From positions 1 through 56,082 of the IMG/VR virus record IMGVR_UViG_3300011417_000011: DNA of 56,082 bases; one strand, given 5' to 3'. The DNA is from a virus (Duplodnaviria > Caudoviricetes). Numbering within the stretch: position 1 is the first letter of the stretch; each line of letters begins with the position of its first letter. Both the position numbers and the translations under genes were made by a program. The notes under the pieces are model-generated. The model was not told where the DNA came from and did not search any database. It saw only the letters and a program-made list of their open reading frames with translations. This document shows, in pieces, positions 8,861-17,752 of this stretch.

Positions 8861-10075
8861 CTAAGATCTTGCCAGCGTAACCCTATTAGACGCTCTAGTA
8901 ATTGCCGTATACAACCAGCGTTGTGCTGTGTCACGGAAACAATAGGATTCATCAAACACAAGGACCGATCCCCATTGTGATCCTTGCGACTTGTGAACCG
9001 TCAACGCATAACCGTAGTCGAACTCTTCCGCTTGGCCATGCTCCCAATGTCCTAGCTCACGTCCTTCGAATGCATGCCGATAGACTGGGATTTCGAGCGG
9101 GGGATCCTCCTTAGACTGCTCTGGGCGAAGAATGGACATCGCAAGCATTTCATCGTCGATCACGTTACTGCTAACGACAACCCAGAGTTCGCCGTTTAAG
9201 AGTCCAAGTTCATGGTTGTTCTTGAGACAAACTATCTTGTCCCCCGCAACCGGAAGAAGGTCCTTCCTGCCCAGGATCTCGCGGCATCGACGGTTAACGC
9301 TCTGCCGCGTCGAATTACGACCGACGAGAATCTGATCATACTCCATCACCTTCTCTGGCGTCAGCTCACGCCGAGGAATGACTAAGGATGTTCCGTAGGT
9401 TCCGTTACTGAGGTACTCCCCAAGTCTGACTTTAGTCGCCAGGTCGATGATCGGCGAACCCTCGGCCTGACGGTGAATCTCCGTCAGCATGATATCGGGG
9501 GTCCCCTCGGTGAAATATCCGCAGCCTCTTACCGGCGGCAGCTGGGCAGGGTCACCCAAGACGAGGATTGGGCATTCAAAGGACAAGAGGTCCTCCCCCA
9601 TCTTGCGGTCGACCATCGAGCATTCGTCAATGATTACCAGCTTTGCCCTTGAGAGATCGCTGGCTTCTTTGCACTTCAAGGAGAAGGACGGCTGTTTCAG
9701 CCTCTTCTCCTCGTCTAGGATCTCTTTGGTGAGGCGAGAAACTTCCGTGAGAGATTTTTCGTCTTTCTTCTCATTCTCCTTCACCAGCATGTGCTTCAGG
9801 TCCATAAGCCGAAGCTTCGACTTCTCAGCTGGGTTGTAGATCAGCTTATGGATAGTTGTGGCGTTAAGGCATCCTTTGCTTCGAAGCACCGAGGCAGCTT
9901 TGCCTGTGAAGGCTGCGAATAGCGCAAGACCTTCAATGTCCGCAGAGAATCCCTTCGCCAGCGTTGTCTTTCCTGTTCCGGCATAGCCGAAGAGCCTGAA
10001 GAGAGGCTCTATTCCAGCTTCGAGCCACGCTCGAACGGCGAGGAGAGCTTCTTTTTGCTGAGGCGCGAGTTGCAT
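8861..10075 (-). CDS. SF1B Dda/RecD-like helicase
   Basis: GYAGTGKTT, AFTGKAA, IIDECSMV, GDPAQLPPV, YALTVHKSQGSQW, LYTAITRA; start at MQLAPQQ. Confidence 0.9.
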   Translation of the reverse strand: MQLAPQQKEALLAVRAWLEAGIEPLFRLFGYAGTGKTTLAKGFSADIEGLALFAAFTGKAASVLRSKGCLNATTIHKLIYNPAEKSKLRLMDLKHMLVKENEKKDEKSLTEVSRLTKEILDEEKRLKQPSFSLKCKEASDLSRAKLVIIDECSMVDRKMGEDLLSFECPILVLGDPAQLPPVRGCGYFTEGTPDIMLTEIHRQAEGSPIIDLATKVRLGEYLSNGTYGTSLVIPRRELTPEKVMEYDQILVGRNSTRQSVNRRCREILGRKDLLPVAGDKIVCLKNNHELGLLNGELWVVVSSNVIDDEMLAMSILRPEQSKEDPPLEIPVYRHAFEGRELGHWEHGQAEEFDYGYALTVHKSQGSQWGSVLVFDESYCFRDTAQRWLYTAITRASNRVTLARS

Positions 10076-10081
10076 AGCGAT

Positions 10082-10157
10082 AAAACCCCCTGCGATGGCT
10101 AACGGAGACGGCGGTTTGGGGAGGGGAAAGACTCCGCCAGCCACCGCAGGGAGCTCT
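10082..10157 (-). promoter_or_regulatory. Long RNA stem-loop (20-26 bp) covering the helicase RBS
   Basis: 10088-10107 pairs fully with 10132-10151 on the minus strand (three G-U pairs); 24-nt pyrimidine-rich loop. Confidence 0.6.
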
Positions 10158-10160
10158 TTC

Positions 10161-11015
10161 TTAGAAGAGCTTGTCGGCGTTCGCGCCGCTCGACTCACCA
10201 CTGACAGCACCAGCAGCGTGATCAGCGCCACGCGCACCCTGAGCAATTTGCTCGCTCAGTGCAGCGCACTCTTCGAGCAATGGATTCGGGGTCTTCCCGT
10301 CCTCAAGAACCGGCGGCAGTAGGGACTTCGCCGTACTGTCGTCGATGGCGGGACCAACCGCGAAGTTGAAAAAGTCGCCCTGGGCGTTCTTATCAGGCAC
10401 CGAACGAAGTAGCAGTCGATGCGCAAAGAGCGGGGGCTTCCCCTTGTACGAACGAAGAACCTGCATGAACCGCTTGTAGACTTTGATCTTCGTGCTGGTG
10501 AAAGCGACGCAGACGGCCTCCACTCCTTCCGTAGAATCGGGGGCTGCGAGCCGGATACCGAAGACGTAGAAGGTCTCAGTCAGTTCATTGCCTTCATCCG
10601 TCTTATAGTCCCCGAACTCCTTCGAAGCATTCTTCGCAGTCGTGACGATATCAGAATCAACGGGGTGCACGCCCTGGAACCCTCCGCCCTGGGCACGCGG
10701 CCGGAACTCGACGAAAACGTGCTGGGTAGCGCAGGGGATGAAGTAGACGCCCTTGACACCGTCGATGATCTCGCGAGTCACCGAATTGATGAGCATTCCA
10801 GGCTTTGCCTTGTCGTCGTACTTCGGCTTACCCTGGATCACTTCCGGACTGTTCGACTGAATCACGCCGAGAAACGGGAGAGCAAAGTCTGCCTGACTCG
10901 TGCCCTCAAAGCCCTTGCCCTGGTGCTGGCCGTAGTCATACTTCACCGGCAGCTGGGACTCCTGGGCAGCTGGCTCTGACGAGGGCGGGGGTGATGCGTT
11001 GCGCTTGCGTACCAT
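10161..11015 (-). CDS. Putative ssDNA-binding/replication protein
   Basis: DFALPFLGVIQSNSPEV, PGMLINSVT, acidic flexible tail ending in F; replication-module context. Confidence 0.55.
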   Translation of the reverse strand: MVRKRNASPPPSSEPAAQESQLPVKYDYGQHQGKGFEGTSQADFALPFLGVIQSNSPEVIQGKPKYDDKAKPGMLINSVTREIIDGVKGVYFIPCATQHVFVEFRPRAQGGGFQGVHPVDSDIVTTAKNASKEFGDYKTDEGNELTETFYVFGIRLAAPDSTEGVEAVCVAFTSTKIKVYKRFMQVLRSYKGKPPLFAHRLLLRSVPDKNAQGDFFNFAVGPAIDDSTAKSLLPPVLEDGKTPNPLLEECAALSEQIAQGARGADHAAGAVSGESSGANADKLF

Positions 11016-11069
11016 TCTTAGGTTCCTTGTTCTTAGTTCATCCCTGTAACTTTACCGCCTCAGGGACAA

Positions 11070-11618
11070 TCAGGCGGGAACTTCTACCTTGGCCTTCTTG
11101 ACGGCGCCGGCACCAAAGAGTTGCATAGGGAAGGGTCGCCCCTCTTCAAGCTCCTCCGCGATGTGGGCGCGCATTGTTGAAGATTCAACGTAGCGGTCAA
11201 TCTTCACATTCGGGAACGCCTTCTTCAGGATCAGAAAGAGAGCCATCGCCTCAACTTCCTCCTGCTGGGTGAGGGAGACAAGAACTTCTCTCTTGATCAT
11301 CCCGCCCTGCTGGTTGTCAATCAGCCACTGCATCGCTTCTTCCTTCTTTTCCTTCGGAATCGAGCAGTAGATGGTGGATCTGACTTGGATCTTTAGACCT
11401 TCCTTGGTCTTAAATGTCTCGAGCCCAATTCGTTCCATCTCATTCGGAAGGAGCTCTTCTGAGACGGTCTCTAGGGCTTCCTTCGCTTTCTTCAGAGCGA
11501 TCTCTGCCTTTTCGACCTCTACCTCAGCTTCGACCTGTCTCTGCGCGAGCGATCGAAGCTGTTGCATATCCGTTGCCGGTGGATCCTTTCTGTACCGTGC
11601 GTAAACGTCCTCAGGCAT
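11070..11618 (-). CDS. Conserved phage replication-module protein
   Basis: N-terminal coiled coil, LP..M..IG...F, A.QWL.DN..G.MIK pattern. Confidence 0.55.
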   Translation of the reverse strand: MPEDVYARYRKDPPATDMQQLRSLAQRQVEAEVEVEKAEIALKKAKEALETVSEELLPNEMERIGLETFKTKEGLKIQVRSTIYCSIPKEKKEEAMQWLIDNQQGGMIKREVLVSLTQQEEVEAMALFLILKKAFPNVKIDRYVESSTMRAHIAEELEEGRPFPMQLFGAGAVKKAKVEVPA

Positions 11619-11973
11619 GAATCACTCCCACCCCTGGAATTGTTGCGGCGGCAACTTCGTAGCTCTGGGTCCCGCCTGACCAGTACAGGCAGCGAACTCG
11701 GCCACCATTATGCTTTGCTGCAATCGCAACGGCCCAGCCGATGAATACTGGATTGCCAATTAGGAGTAGCGAGTCTTTGTCGCTGTAATCAGACAGAGAA
11801 CGTTCCATTAGACCGAGAACCTCTGGAATGTTTTCTAGAGTCGCTCGGGGCGGCAGAACGAACTTAAACTCTCCAAATTTTTCTGCTGGGCTAATGTCAT
11901 ACTTCGGGACCAGGTCGCCTCTGTTCCGGTCATAACGAAGATGATTCTGGACTACGAATACTCGTGGTAGCAT
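11611..11973 (-). CDS. Hypothetical phage protein
   Basis: Small alpha/beta protein; start immediately after the SNF2 stop. Confidence 0.6.
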   Translation of the reverse strand: MLPRVFVVQNHLRYDRNRGDLVPKYDISPAEKFGEFKFVLPPRATLENIPEVLGLMERSLSDYSDKDSLLLIGNPVFIGWAVAIAAKHNGGRVRCLYWSGGTQSYEVAAATIPGVGVIHA

Positions 11974-11974
11974 G

Positions 11975-13531
11975 TTAGACCCATTCTGCGAGGTTATCGC
12001 CGTTGACTTCACTGGCGATTCGCCGCTTTGTTCTGAGCGCGTTGAGAATTTTTTCGTCTACAGTGTCCTCGGCAACGATGTCGATGTAGAGAACTTGGTT
12101 GTCCTGCCCAAGACGATGGGCTCTATCTTCAGACTGAAGCCTATGCTTGAGACGAAAAGTGTTATTGTAATAAATAACAGTTCTCGCCTCAATCAGCGTA
12201 AGCCCAGCACCACCAACCGATGCCTTCGATACGAAGGCCCTGGCCTCTCCAGAGTGGAAACGGTCCTCTTCCCGATGGCGATCGTCTGGGGCAACTTTGC
12301 CGTCATAACGAGCGAAGGTGATTTTCATCTGACCAAGAAGGTCACAGATCAAATCTATGTCCCGCGTGAATTTGGCCCAGATAATGAGCTGGCCGTTCGT
12401 CTGCTCAAGAATTTCTCGGAGGCATTCAAGACGGGGGTTACTTGCGTCTGGGTGAAGATTAAGGAACTCGTTCTTAACAAGATTCGATTTTGTCTCAAGT
12501 ATGTCGGTATAGAATTCCTCTAGATCCTCTGGATCATAGTTTGCAGTAATCTTGTCTCCCCAGTCGACGGTTGCAGTCGTGGGCACGAATCCAGAAGTAA
12601 TCTGCTGGAACCGCGTGAGACGGACCATGGCGAGAACCGCAGTAATCGTCTCGCCGCTATGAATCGTGGACTCGTATTCGTTCTTAAGGTTCTCGTAGAC
12701 CCTGCACTGCTCAGCGGTCATCGAAAAGTATCGCTTCTGGTAGAGCTTCGGTGGGAGCTTAAGTGTGCCATTCTTCGTGACCCGGTTCGAGGTAGAGCTA
12801 ATCACTCCTTTAAGAAGCTCAAGATTCCGATAACTAATGAGCTGTGGATAGGCCCTACCGTCTTGGCCACCAATTCTTCGCTCCTCAAAGATGCCGAAGA
12901 ACGATTTGAAGGCCGCGAATCCCTTACAGCCAATCTTCTCCCAGATTCCGGAGTCGAGGAATTTGAGCTGGGAGTAAACATCAAAGGGACTCTCGTCTAC
13001 GAGAGTCCCTGTAAGGATCCGTCGGTAGACTGCATACTTGCTGGAGGCTAAAACACGAATCGTTCTCTTCGCCTTCGGCGACTTGACGTTATCCGATTCG
13101 TCAAGGACGTAGAGACACTTCCTCTTCGTAAGAAGGCCCTTCACGAAGTCCCCGCCACGGTCTGTCATCAGAGAATCGTATGATATTGCGACACAAAGGA
13201 GACCTCCTTTGTGTCGCTGGGCGATTGCTGCGGCGAGAGCATGCTTCTGCGTGGACGACTTCTGCCCAGACCAGGAGAAGGTCCACACGTCTCCACATTC
13301 AGGGAGATGTGCGGGAATTTGGTCGCTAATCCACCGTCTGTGAACGCCAGATGGCGCGACGATAAGAAGAGTGTCGATTACGCTCTTGTGGTAGAGATAC
13401 GCTGCGGTATCAAGAGTGGGCTTGGTCTTCCCGGTTCCCTGCTCCCACAAAAGACCCCACGCTGTGAGGTCTTTCGTACGATCAAACCACTCCGCCTGAT
13501 GCGGGAACGGCTCCGTCTTCATGACGAACAT
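11975..13531 (-). CDS. SNF2-family helicase/ATPase
   Basis: EQGTGKT, VLDES, ILTGT, GAGLTL, QSEDRAHRLGQ. Confidence 0.92.
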   Translation of the reverse strand: MFVMKTEPFPHQAEWFDRTKDLTAWGLLWEQGTGKTKPTLDTAAYLYHKSVIDTLLIVAPSGVHRRWISDQIPAHLPECGDVWTFSWSGQKSSTQKHALAAAIAQRHKGGLLCVAISYDSLMTDRGGDFVKGLLTKRKCLYVLDESDNVKSPKAKRTIRVLASSKYAVYRRILTGTLVDESPFDVYSQLKFLDSGIWEKIGCKGFAAFKSFFGIFEERRIGGQDGRAYPQLISYRNLELLKGVISSTSNRVTKNGTLKLPPKLYQKRYFSMTAEQCRVYENLKNEYESTIHSGETITAVLAMVRLTRFQQITSGFVPTTATVDWGDKITANYDPEDLEEFYTDILETKSNLVKNEFLNLHPDASNPRLECLREILEQTNGQLIIWAKFTRDIDLICDLLGQMKITFARYDGKVAPDDRHREEDRFHSGEARAFVSKASVGGAGLTLIEARTVIYYNNTFRLKHRLQSEDRAHRLGQDNQVLYIDIVAEDTVDEKILNALRTKRRIASEVNGDNLAEWV

Positions 13532-13564
13532 TGGGTTCTCCGGGGTTCTTTCGCTCGGGCGGCA

Positions 13565-13593
13565 ACTTTACCCTTCCGGGGTGGCCTACGCTA
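13565..13593 (-). promoter_or_regulatory. Putative promoter TAGCGT-N17-TAAAGT
   Basis: Same layout as 17132-17160; ~35 nt upstream of the SNF2 start. Confidence 0.45.
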
Positions 13594-13626
13594 GGACGTG
13601 CTGGAAAGAGCACTTTTACTGGGGTT

Positions 13627-14799
13627 CTAGAAGCCTCCCACCGTCGTCTCGTCGTCGATGATCGCTCCAGTGTTGTTGCGAATCTGATCCATGATTCTCT
13701 GATTGTGAGAATCTCGACCTGGCTTCGTCGCGCCGCAGTTAGCGAGTATGCAGTCCTTAAGCTTGTCAGGATCAGTCATTCGGACCTCTGGCGCAGCGAA
13801 CGGGGCGTCGAGTCGATGCCCCGTTTCGGGCGGCACAGTACCGTTTCCAAGTCTCACGAAGTTCCACTGATTGAAGCCAGGCGCGCCACCACTATTCAGG
13901 ACTCCGTCGCAAGGGCCACGGCACTGATCGATGAAGAGTTTACCGTTGGCGTTATTGGCGAGAATAACAATGCCAGGGTGAAGGGGATAGGAATTTGGAC
14001 CAGGATCATAGACAGCACCGACAAGGTTAATCTGCTTATCCGCAATGCCTTCAAATTCGAATGGAGCGCCAGGTTCTGCTGTACCGAAATTACCATAATT
14101 ATAGACGTAAAGGTTACGAACATCGACGAAGTCAGCGTTGTCGATCTGAATATTACGCTGATTAGAATTAGCAACCGCGGTACGAATGACTGAGACGTAC
14201 TTCGTTGGATTCAATGGGTCGGCGCTACTGATTACCAAGCCCATCGAGTGGCCCTTGAACGGTGGGCCGACAGTCTTAGGATGAACCGAGTGCCAGAGCG
14301 GCTCGCCAATCAGCGTATCGCTGATCGTCATATACTGGGCACCACCCCAAGCTGCAAAGCACTCATCCACAGACCAGAGAAGGTCACAGTGATCAACGAC
14401 GATGTGGTGGATGCCAGAGCCACCATCCGTGTTCATGCAATCGCGGTCGTCAAATGTGTCCCGTGCTGGGACAATATGCCCCGCGTGATGACGCATGTGG
14501 CGAATGACGATGTCGTGAGAGCGGAAACGTAGTTCTTCTCCGCGAAGAGTTACGCCACCGGGCGGAGCAAGATAGCCAGCAATTGTGCAATAGGGCTGGT
14601 TAATCGACAATGGAGTGTTGAGTGTGATCACCCCGGCATACTCGAACACGACGATGCGGGGGTAAGGTTCCTTTACTGCCCAGCGGAAGCTGCCTGGGCT
14701 GCCGTCGTCGTTCCCGTTCGTAACGCGGAGGATTTTCCCTCCAAGGCCACCAGGAGTATCAGTTCCGTAACCCTGGGCGCTGGGGAACGCGATTGCCAT
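13627..14799 (-). CDS. Pectate lyase, polysaccharide lyase family 1 (beta-helix)
   Basis: AFPSAQGYG..T.GG.GG....VTN, GSFRWAV, PRIVVF...G.I.L, TIAG..AP, VDHC...WSVDE, R-N in NQRN; no signal peptide. Confidence 0.88.
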   Translation of the reverse strand: MAIAFPSAQGYGTDTPGGLGGKILRVTNGNDDGSPGSFRWAVKEPYPRIVVFEYAGVITLNTPLSINQPYCTIAGYLAPPGGVTLRGEELRFRSHDIVIRHMRHHAGHIVPARDTFDDRDCMNTDGGSGIHHIVVDHCDLLWSVDECFAAWGGAQYMTISDTLIGEPLWHSVHPKTVGPPFKGHSMGLVISSADPLNPTKYVSVIRTAVANSNQRNIQIDNADFVDVRNLYVYNYGNFGTAEPGAPFEFEGIADKQINLVGAVYDPGPNSYPLHPGIVILANNANGKLFIDQCRGPCDGVLNSGGAPGFNQWNFVRLGNGTVPPETGHRLDAPFAAPEVRMTDPDKLKDCILANCGATKPGRDSHNQRIMDQIRNNTGAIIDDETTVGGF

Positions 14800-14902
14800 T
14801 AGTCATGCTCCTATACCTACGGTCGCGATTGTACCGACCGAGTGCACAGGCGCAGGCAAATAGGACAGGAGTTACAACGCAGAGGATAAGATAGATTTTC
14901 AT
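14759..14902 (-). CDS. Small membrane protein
   Basis: MKIYLILCVVTPVLFACAC; AGGAG RBS. Confidence 0.45.
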   Translation of the reverse strand: MKIYLILCVVTPVLFACACALGRYNRDRRYRSMTNGNRVPQRPGLRN

Positions 14903-14906
14903 GCTT

Positions 14907-15137
14907 CTAGACTCCTGGTTGTGGTTGTGATCCTTGTTTGAGGACCTGACTCGTAACTTCTTCGCTGAGTCCAAGAATTGCGGCGAGATCCTTCACGCAA
15001 TCCTCACATACTTGAGGATTCTGTTCCTCCCACTCCTTTGAGTTAAGGAATTTATGAGCCAACCCAGCACCGTCGTCTGTTCGTTCGATCTTGAATGAAC
15101 AGACTGAACAAAATCCTTCGATGTCTTTGGTCCTCAT
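14907..15137 (-). CDS. Small Zn-finger protein
   Basis: CSVC...CEDC; ATGA coupling. Confidence 0.5.
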   Translation of the reverse strand: MRTKDIEGFCSVCSFKIERTDDGAGLAHKFLNSKEWEEQNPQVCEDCVKDLAAILGLSEEVTSQVLKQGSQPQPGV

Positions 15138-15220
15138 GGCGACATCAGATAAGTCCATGCAGCGAGGACGAGCATCGCTGCGACGCAAATGACCCAGACC
15201 ATACTGGCAAGGCGCTTCAT
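15134..15220 (-). CDS. 28-aa membrane peptide
   Basis: MKRLASMVWVICVAAMLVLAAWTYLMSP; AAGGA RBS; coupled to the next gene. Confidence 0.4.
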   Translation of the reverse strand: MKRLASMVWVICVAAMLVLAAWTYLMSP

Positions 15221-15296
15221 TTCCTTGGCTCCGCGTTCAACTTCGCCACCCTCAGCGACTTCTAACGCTAGGACAAAAATCGTGAATTTTGACCCC

Positions 15297-15839
15297 CTAG
15301 GCAGTCGCAGATCGCCCAGAAGGAATGTCGGGGAGGTAGCCAAGCGCGTTACCCCAGCGGTAGGCTGCGGCGACGTCGGTGCCGAGGTATCGCCTCGCGA
15401 TGGCGTCGGCGATGAGGTCAAGGGTCCGGATGAACGGATCCCCACTGACAACGCACGATGCTGTGACTGGCATCGTGACATCCTTCCCACCGTGGAATCT
15501 GGCCATGCGCCACACATAGTAGCAGCGCGCATCCTTGTTCGATCTGTAGCTCGAGCGAAGATGTCCCTTGAACGTGACAGCATCCTCGATCATGAGCGAG
15601 TCCGGTGGGAAGAACTTGCCTGTTGTGCGGCAAGAATGACATGGAAGGTCAGGGAGCTTGGTGTCGGGGATGAGCGAGGACCAGCTGATGATCCCGGTTC
15701 CTTTGCATCGAGTACATGAAGCCCACCTTGGCTTCATCCCTCGCCGATCGCGGTATTGATCGGCGACCATAGAGAGGGTTTCGACAAGCTCTTTCTTTGG
15801 AGCAGCCCGGAAAGCGGAGGCGAGCTTGGCCATGATCAT
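15297..15839 (-). CDS. Hypothetical protein with DnaJ-type Zn finger
   Basis: CTRCKGTG...CHSCRTTG. Confidence 0.65.
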   Translation of the reverse strand: MIMAKLASAFRAAPKKELVETLSMVADQYRDRRGMKPRWASCTRCKGTGIISWSSLIPDTKLPDLPCHSCRTTGKFFPPDSLMIEDAVTFKGHLRSSYRSNKDARCYYVWRMARFHGGKDVTMPVTASCVVSGDPFIRTLDLIADAIARRYLGTDVAAAYRWGNALGYLPDIPSGRSATA

Positions 15840-15981
15840 GCTCAGTCGGAATGAGATTTCCGGGGGTTATCGAGAAAATGACGCCCCTGGGAAAGATTCT
15901 TCTGAATTTTCCACTAGTAGCGGGGGTTAGAAAGCCGTAAGGTTGTTGGTGTTACGAGAGAACCCAACTGTGGAGCTAGCC

Positions 15982-16257
15982 ATGACTACGAAAGCTCGCC
16001 AAATCCTACCGCGAGATGGCGTCATGAAGGGGAAGGACAAGATCCAGATCTCCGGGATCACACGCCGTGATGGCGAGACGGCTATCGAATTCGTCGAGTT
16101 CCTGGACTACTGGCAGACGTCGGCCATACCAAGTATCTACATGGCAGCTGGGGCCTTCTGCGAGGATCGTAGGTACCCAGCCGCAAGGACGTACAAGTTC
16201 TTTGACCTCGTCCACATGTACGTTCATAAGGTGCTCCGCCATGCTCCAAGAGACTGA
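15982..16257 (+). CDS. Hypothetical protein
   Basis: GGAG RBS; candidate promoter TAGTAG-N17-TAAGGT at 15915-15943. Confidence 0.55.
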   Translation: MTTKARQILPRDGVMKGKDKIQISGITRRDGETAIEFVEFLDYWQTSAIPSIYMAAGAFCEDRRYPAARTYKFFDLVHMYVHKVLRHAPRD

Positions 16258-16447
16258 TCCTGAGAACCGTCCCTTCAGGAAGGGCGACGTAGTCTTCCTG
16301 GAGGCGGAGGTCAACGGAGAAGTTATCGAACTCCGTGCGACAGTGGACGAGGACGAGAAACCGATGGCCGAGATGATCCACGTAGCCCTTGGCTCGCGAA
16401 GGATCGACGTTCCGCTCGAGAACCTATGTCTCGTTGAGGAGGAATGA
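16241..16447 (+). CDS. Small SH3/KOW-like protein
   Basis: PFRKGDVVFL...ATV...IHV...VPLENL; overlaps the previous ORF. Confidence 0.5.
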   Translation: MLQETDPENRPFRKGDVVFLEAEVNGEVIELRATVDEDEKPMAEMIHVALGSRRIDVPLENLCLVEEE

Positions 16448-17090
16448 CGATGGTCTCCGGGGGCTCGGCGAGGCGAGCCTCGGGTGAGGTCGGTAAGGCC
16501 TTTACACCATCGAGCCTCCCCAACGCGGCTTGGGCCGAGAGTCTTCGCCCTTGGTCCTGGAGGGCTAAAATCCGCTCCGGCGACAGGCTCCGAGGGGGCG
16601 TGTACCGCACCTTAAGCGCGCGAAACGCCCTTCGGAGGTCGTTTCGCGCGCTCCGTCCGATGAACCGGCTTACCAACCTGACGTACACGTTTGCGAACGG
16701 CCAGGAGTGACCGCACACGTAGCCTGTGGCTACGTGTGCGAGCTCATGAAGGATGACAGGCAGCGTGATCATCAACGTCCCGAACTTAAGACCGTCACGA
16801 GAATCCGCGCTCGCGCCTTTCTTCTGTGACTTGATGAGCGTCACGCGGAACTGTCCTTCGTAAGGGGTGACGTTGAACTCACGAAGGATCGATTTCCAGG
16901 TCTTCGACCTACGAACGCGCCGAATGACCTTTTGGATTCCGCGTTCATCTGGGCGATCAAGAAGAACGTCGAAGGCCGAATCGAACGCGTTACGCTCGGC
17001 TCGGTACAGCCTCTTCCTTTGACTATCCCTTCTGGGCAGTCGGTAGACCGTGGTGACGTTCTTGACTGTCCTTCTCACAGCTACAGCCAT
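16323..17090 (-). CDS. HEXXH zinc metalloprotease-like protein (SprT/Rv0185-like)
   Basis: RDSQR.RLYRAE, VILHELAH....GH..PF; AAGGAG RBS. Confidence 0.75.
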   Translation of the reverse strand: MAVAVRRTVKNVTTVYRLPRRDSQRKRLYRAERNAFDSAFDVLLDRPDERGIQKVIRRVRRSKTWKSILREFNVTPYEGQFRVTLIKSQKKGASADSRDGLKFGTLMITLPVILHELAHVATGYVCGHSWPFANVYVRLVSRFIGRSARNDLRRAFRALKVRYTPPRSLSPERILALQDQGRRLSAQAALGRLDGVKALPTSPEARLAEPPETIVIPPQRDIGSRAERRSFASQGLRGSSRPSVSRPRPLSHGVR

Positions 17091-17131
17091 CTTCGCTCTC
17101 CTTGGGTTCTGTGGGTTCTAGCCAAAGGATG

Positions 17132-17160
17132 AGTTTACCGTCTCATCGCCCTTCGCGCTA
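17132..17160 (-). promoter_or_regulatory. Putative promoter TAGCGC-N17-TAAACT
   Basis: Matches 13565-13593; AT-rich tract upstream. Confidence 0.45.
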
Positions 17161-17199
17161 CATAAAAATTACGGCACTGGATGGTTTTGGTCTTTCCCG

Positions 17200-17482
17200 G
17201 GGCGCGGTCGGCCGCCCGTCCCTCTCCCCTGCACCTGCCCACCCGCACGCCAAGGACCGCGCTACGCGGCGCGATCGCGTGGTCGAGGTGCTGCATGCGC
17301 TGAAGGCCGCCGGCCCCACGCAGATCACCAAGGCGATTCAGAAGCGGTGGGGCGAGGACGCCGCCAACGTGGCGAACGTGAACGACATCCTCCGCACCGA
17401 CAAGATCGCCGAGCAGGTCGGCGATGGGACGTGGAAGTTGACCGCCATCATCGGCGACTGGAAGCCGTTCGCGGTGACCTGA
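17200..17482 (+). pseudogene. 5'-truncated winged-helix-like ORF (IS cargo)
   Basis: RRDRVVEVLHALK..GPTQITKAI...VNDILR.....EQVGDGTWKL; no credible start inside the element. Confidence 0.45.
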
Positions 17483-17567
17483 TCGACGCCGAGAAGGGAG
17501 AGCGCGATGCTCAGGAAAGTTGAGGCGCCGATGACTCGGCGGCGCCGTGACTAGTAAGTCAGAAGCC

Positions 17568-17612
17568 GGGGAGCGGCGGTAGCATCTTCGCGGGACGTTT
17601 CCGCCGCTCCCC
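17568..17612 (+). other. GC-rich stem-loop upstream of tRNA-Asn
   Basis: Perfect 12-bp stem GGGGAGCGGCGG / CCGCCGCTCCCC. Confidence 0.55.
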
Positions 17613-17626
17613 TCCGAGCTTTCAAC

Positions 17627-17699
17627 GCCCCCGTAGTTCAGTGGCATGAACAGCGGATTGTTAATCCGCCTGTCGCGGGTTCGAACCCCGCCGGGGGCG
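17627..17699 (+). tRNA. tRNA-Asn(GTT)
   Basis: Acceptor GCCCCCG/CGGGGGC, D arm GTTC/GAAC, anticodon arm GCGGA-TTGTTAA-TCCGC, T arm GCGGG-TTCGAAC-CCCGC, G73; followed by CCT rather than CCA. Confidence 0.92.
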
Positions 17700-17752
17700 C
17701 CTAAAGCGTCGTCTATTTTGACGTAGTGGGTACACACTGGAGAAGCCCCCTC

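Noticed and set aside
10076-10246. Signal-peptide-like N-terminal extension of the helicase
   Set aside because: It overlaps the upstream gene and the hairpin; the helicase fold starts at MQLAPQQ (10075).
17627-17699. tRNA as a prophage attachment site or host junction
   Set aside because: Phage genes continue on both sides, no integrase or duplicated tRNA 3' end is seen, and the IS boundaries explain it.
17135-17737. 200-aa minus-strand ORF
   Set aside because: Antisense to the tRNA and wHTH fragment; no protein-like features.
17716-17740. Second internal IS end (ATTTTGACGTAGTGGG)
   Set aside because: Only a gapped match to the right end and no flanking duplication; it cannot be supported.
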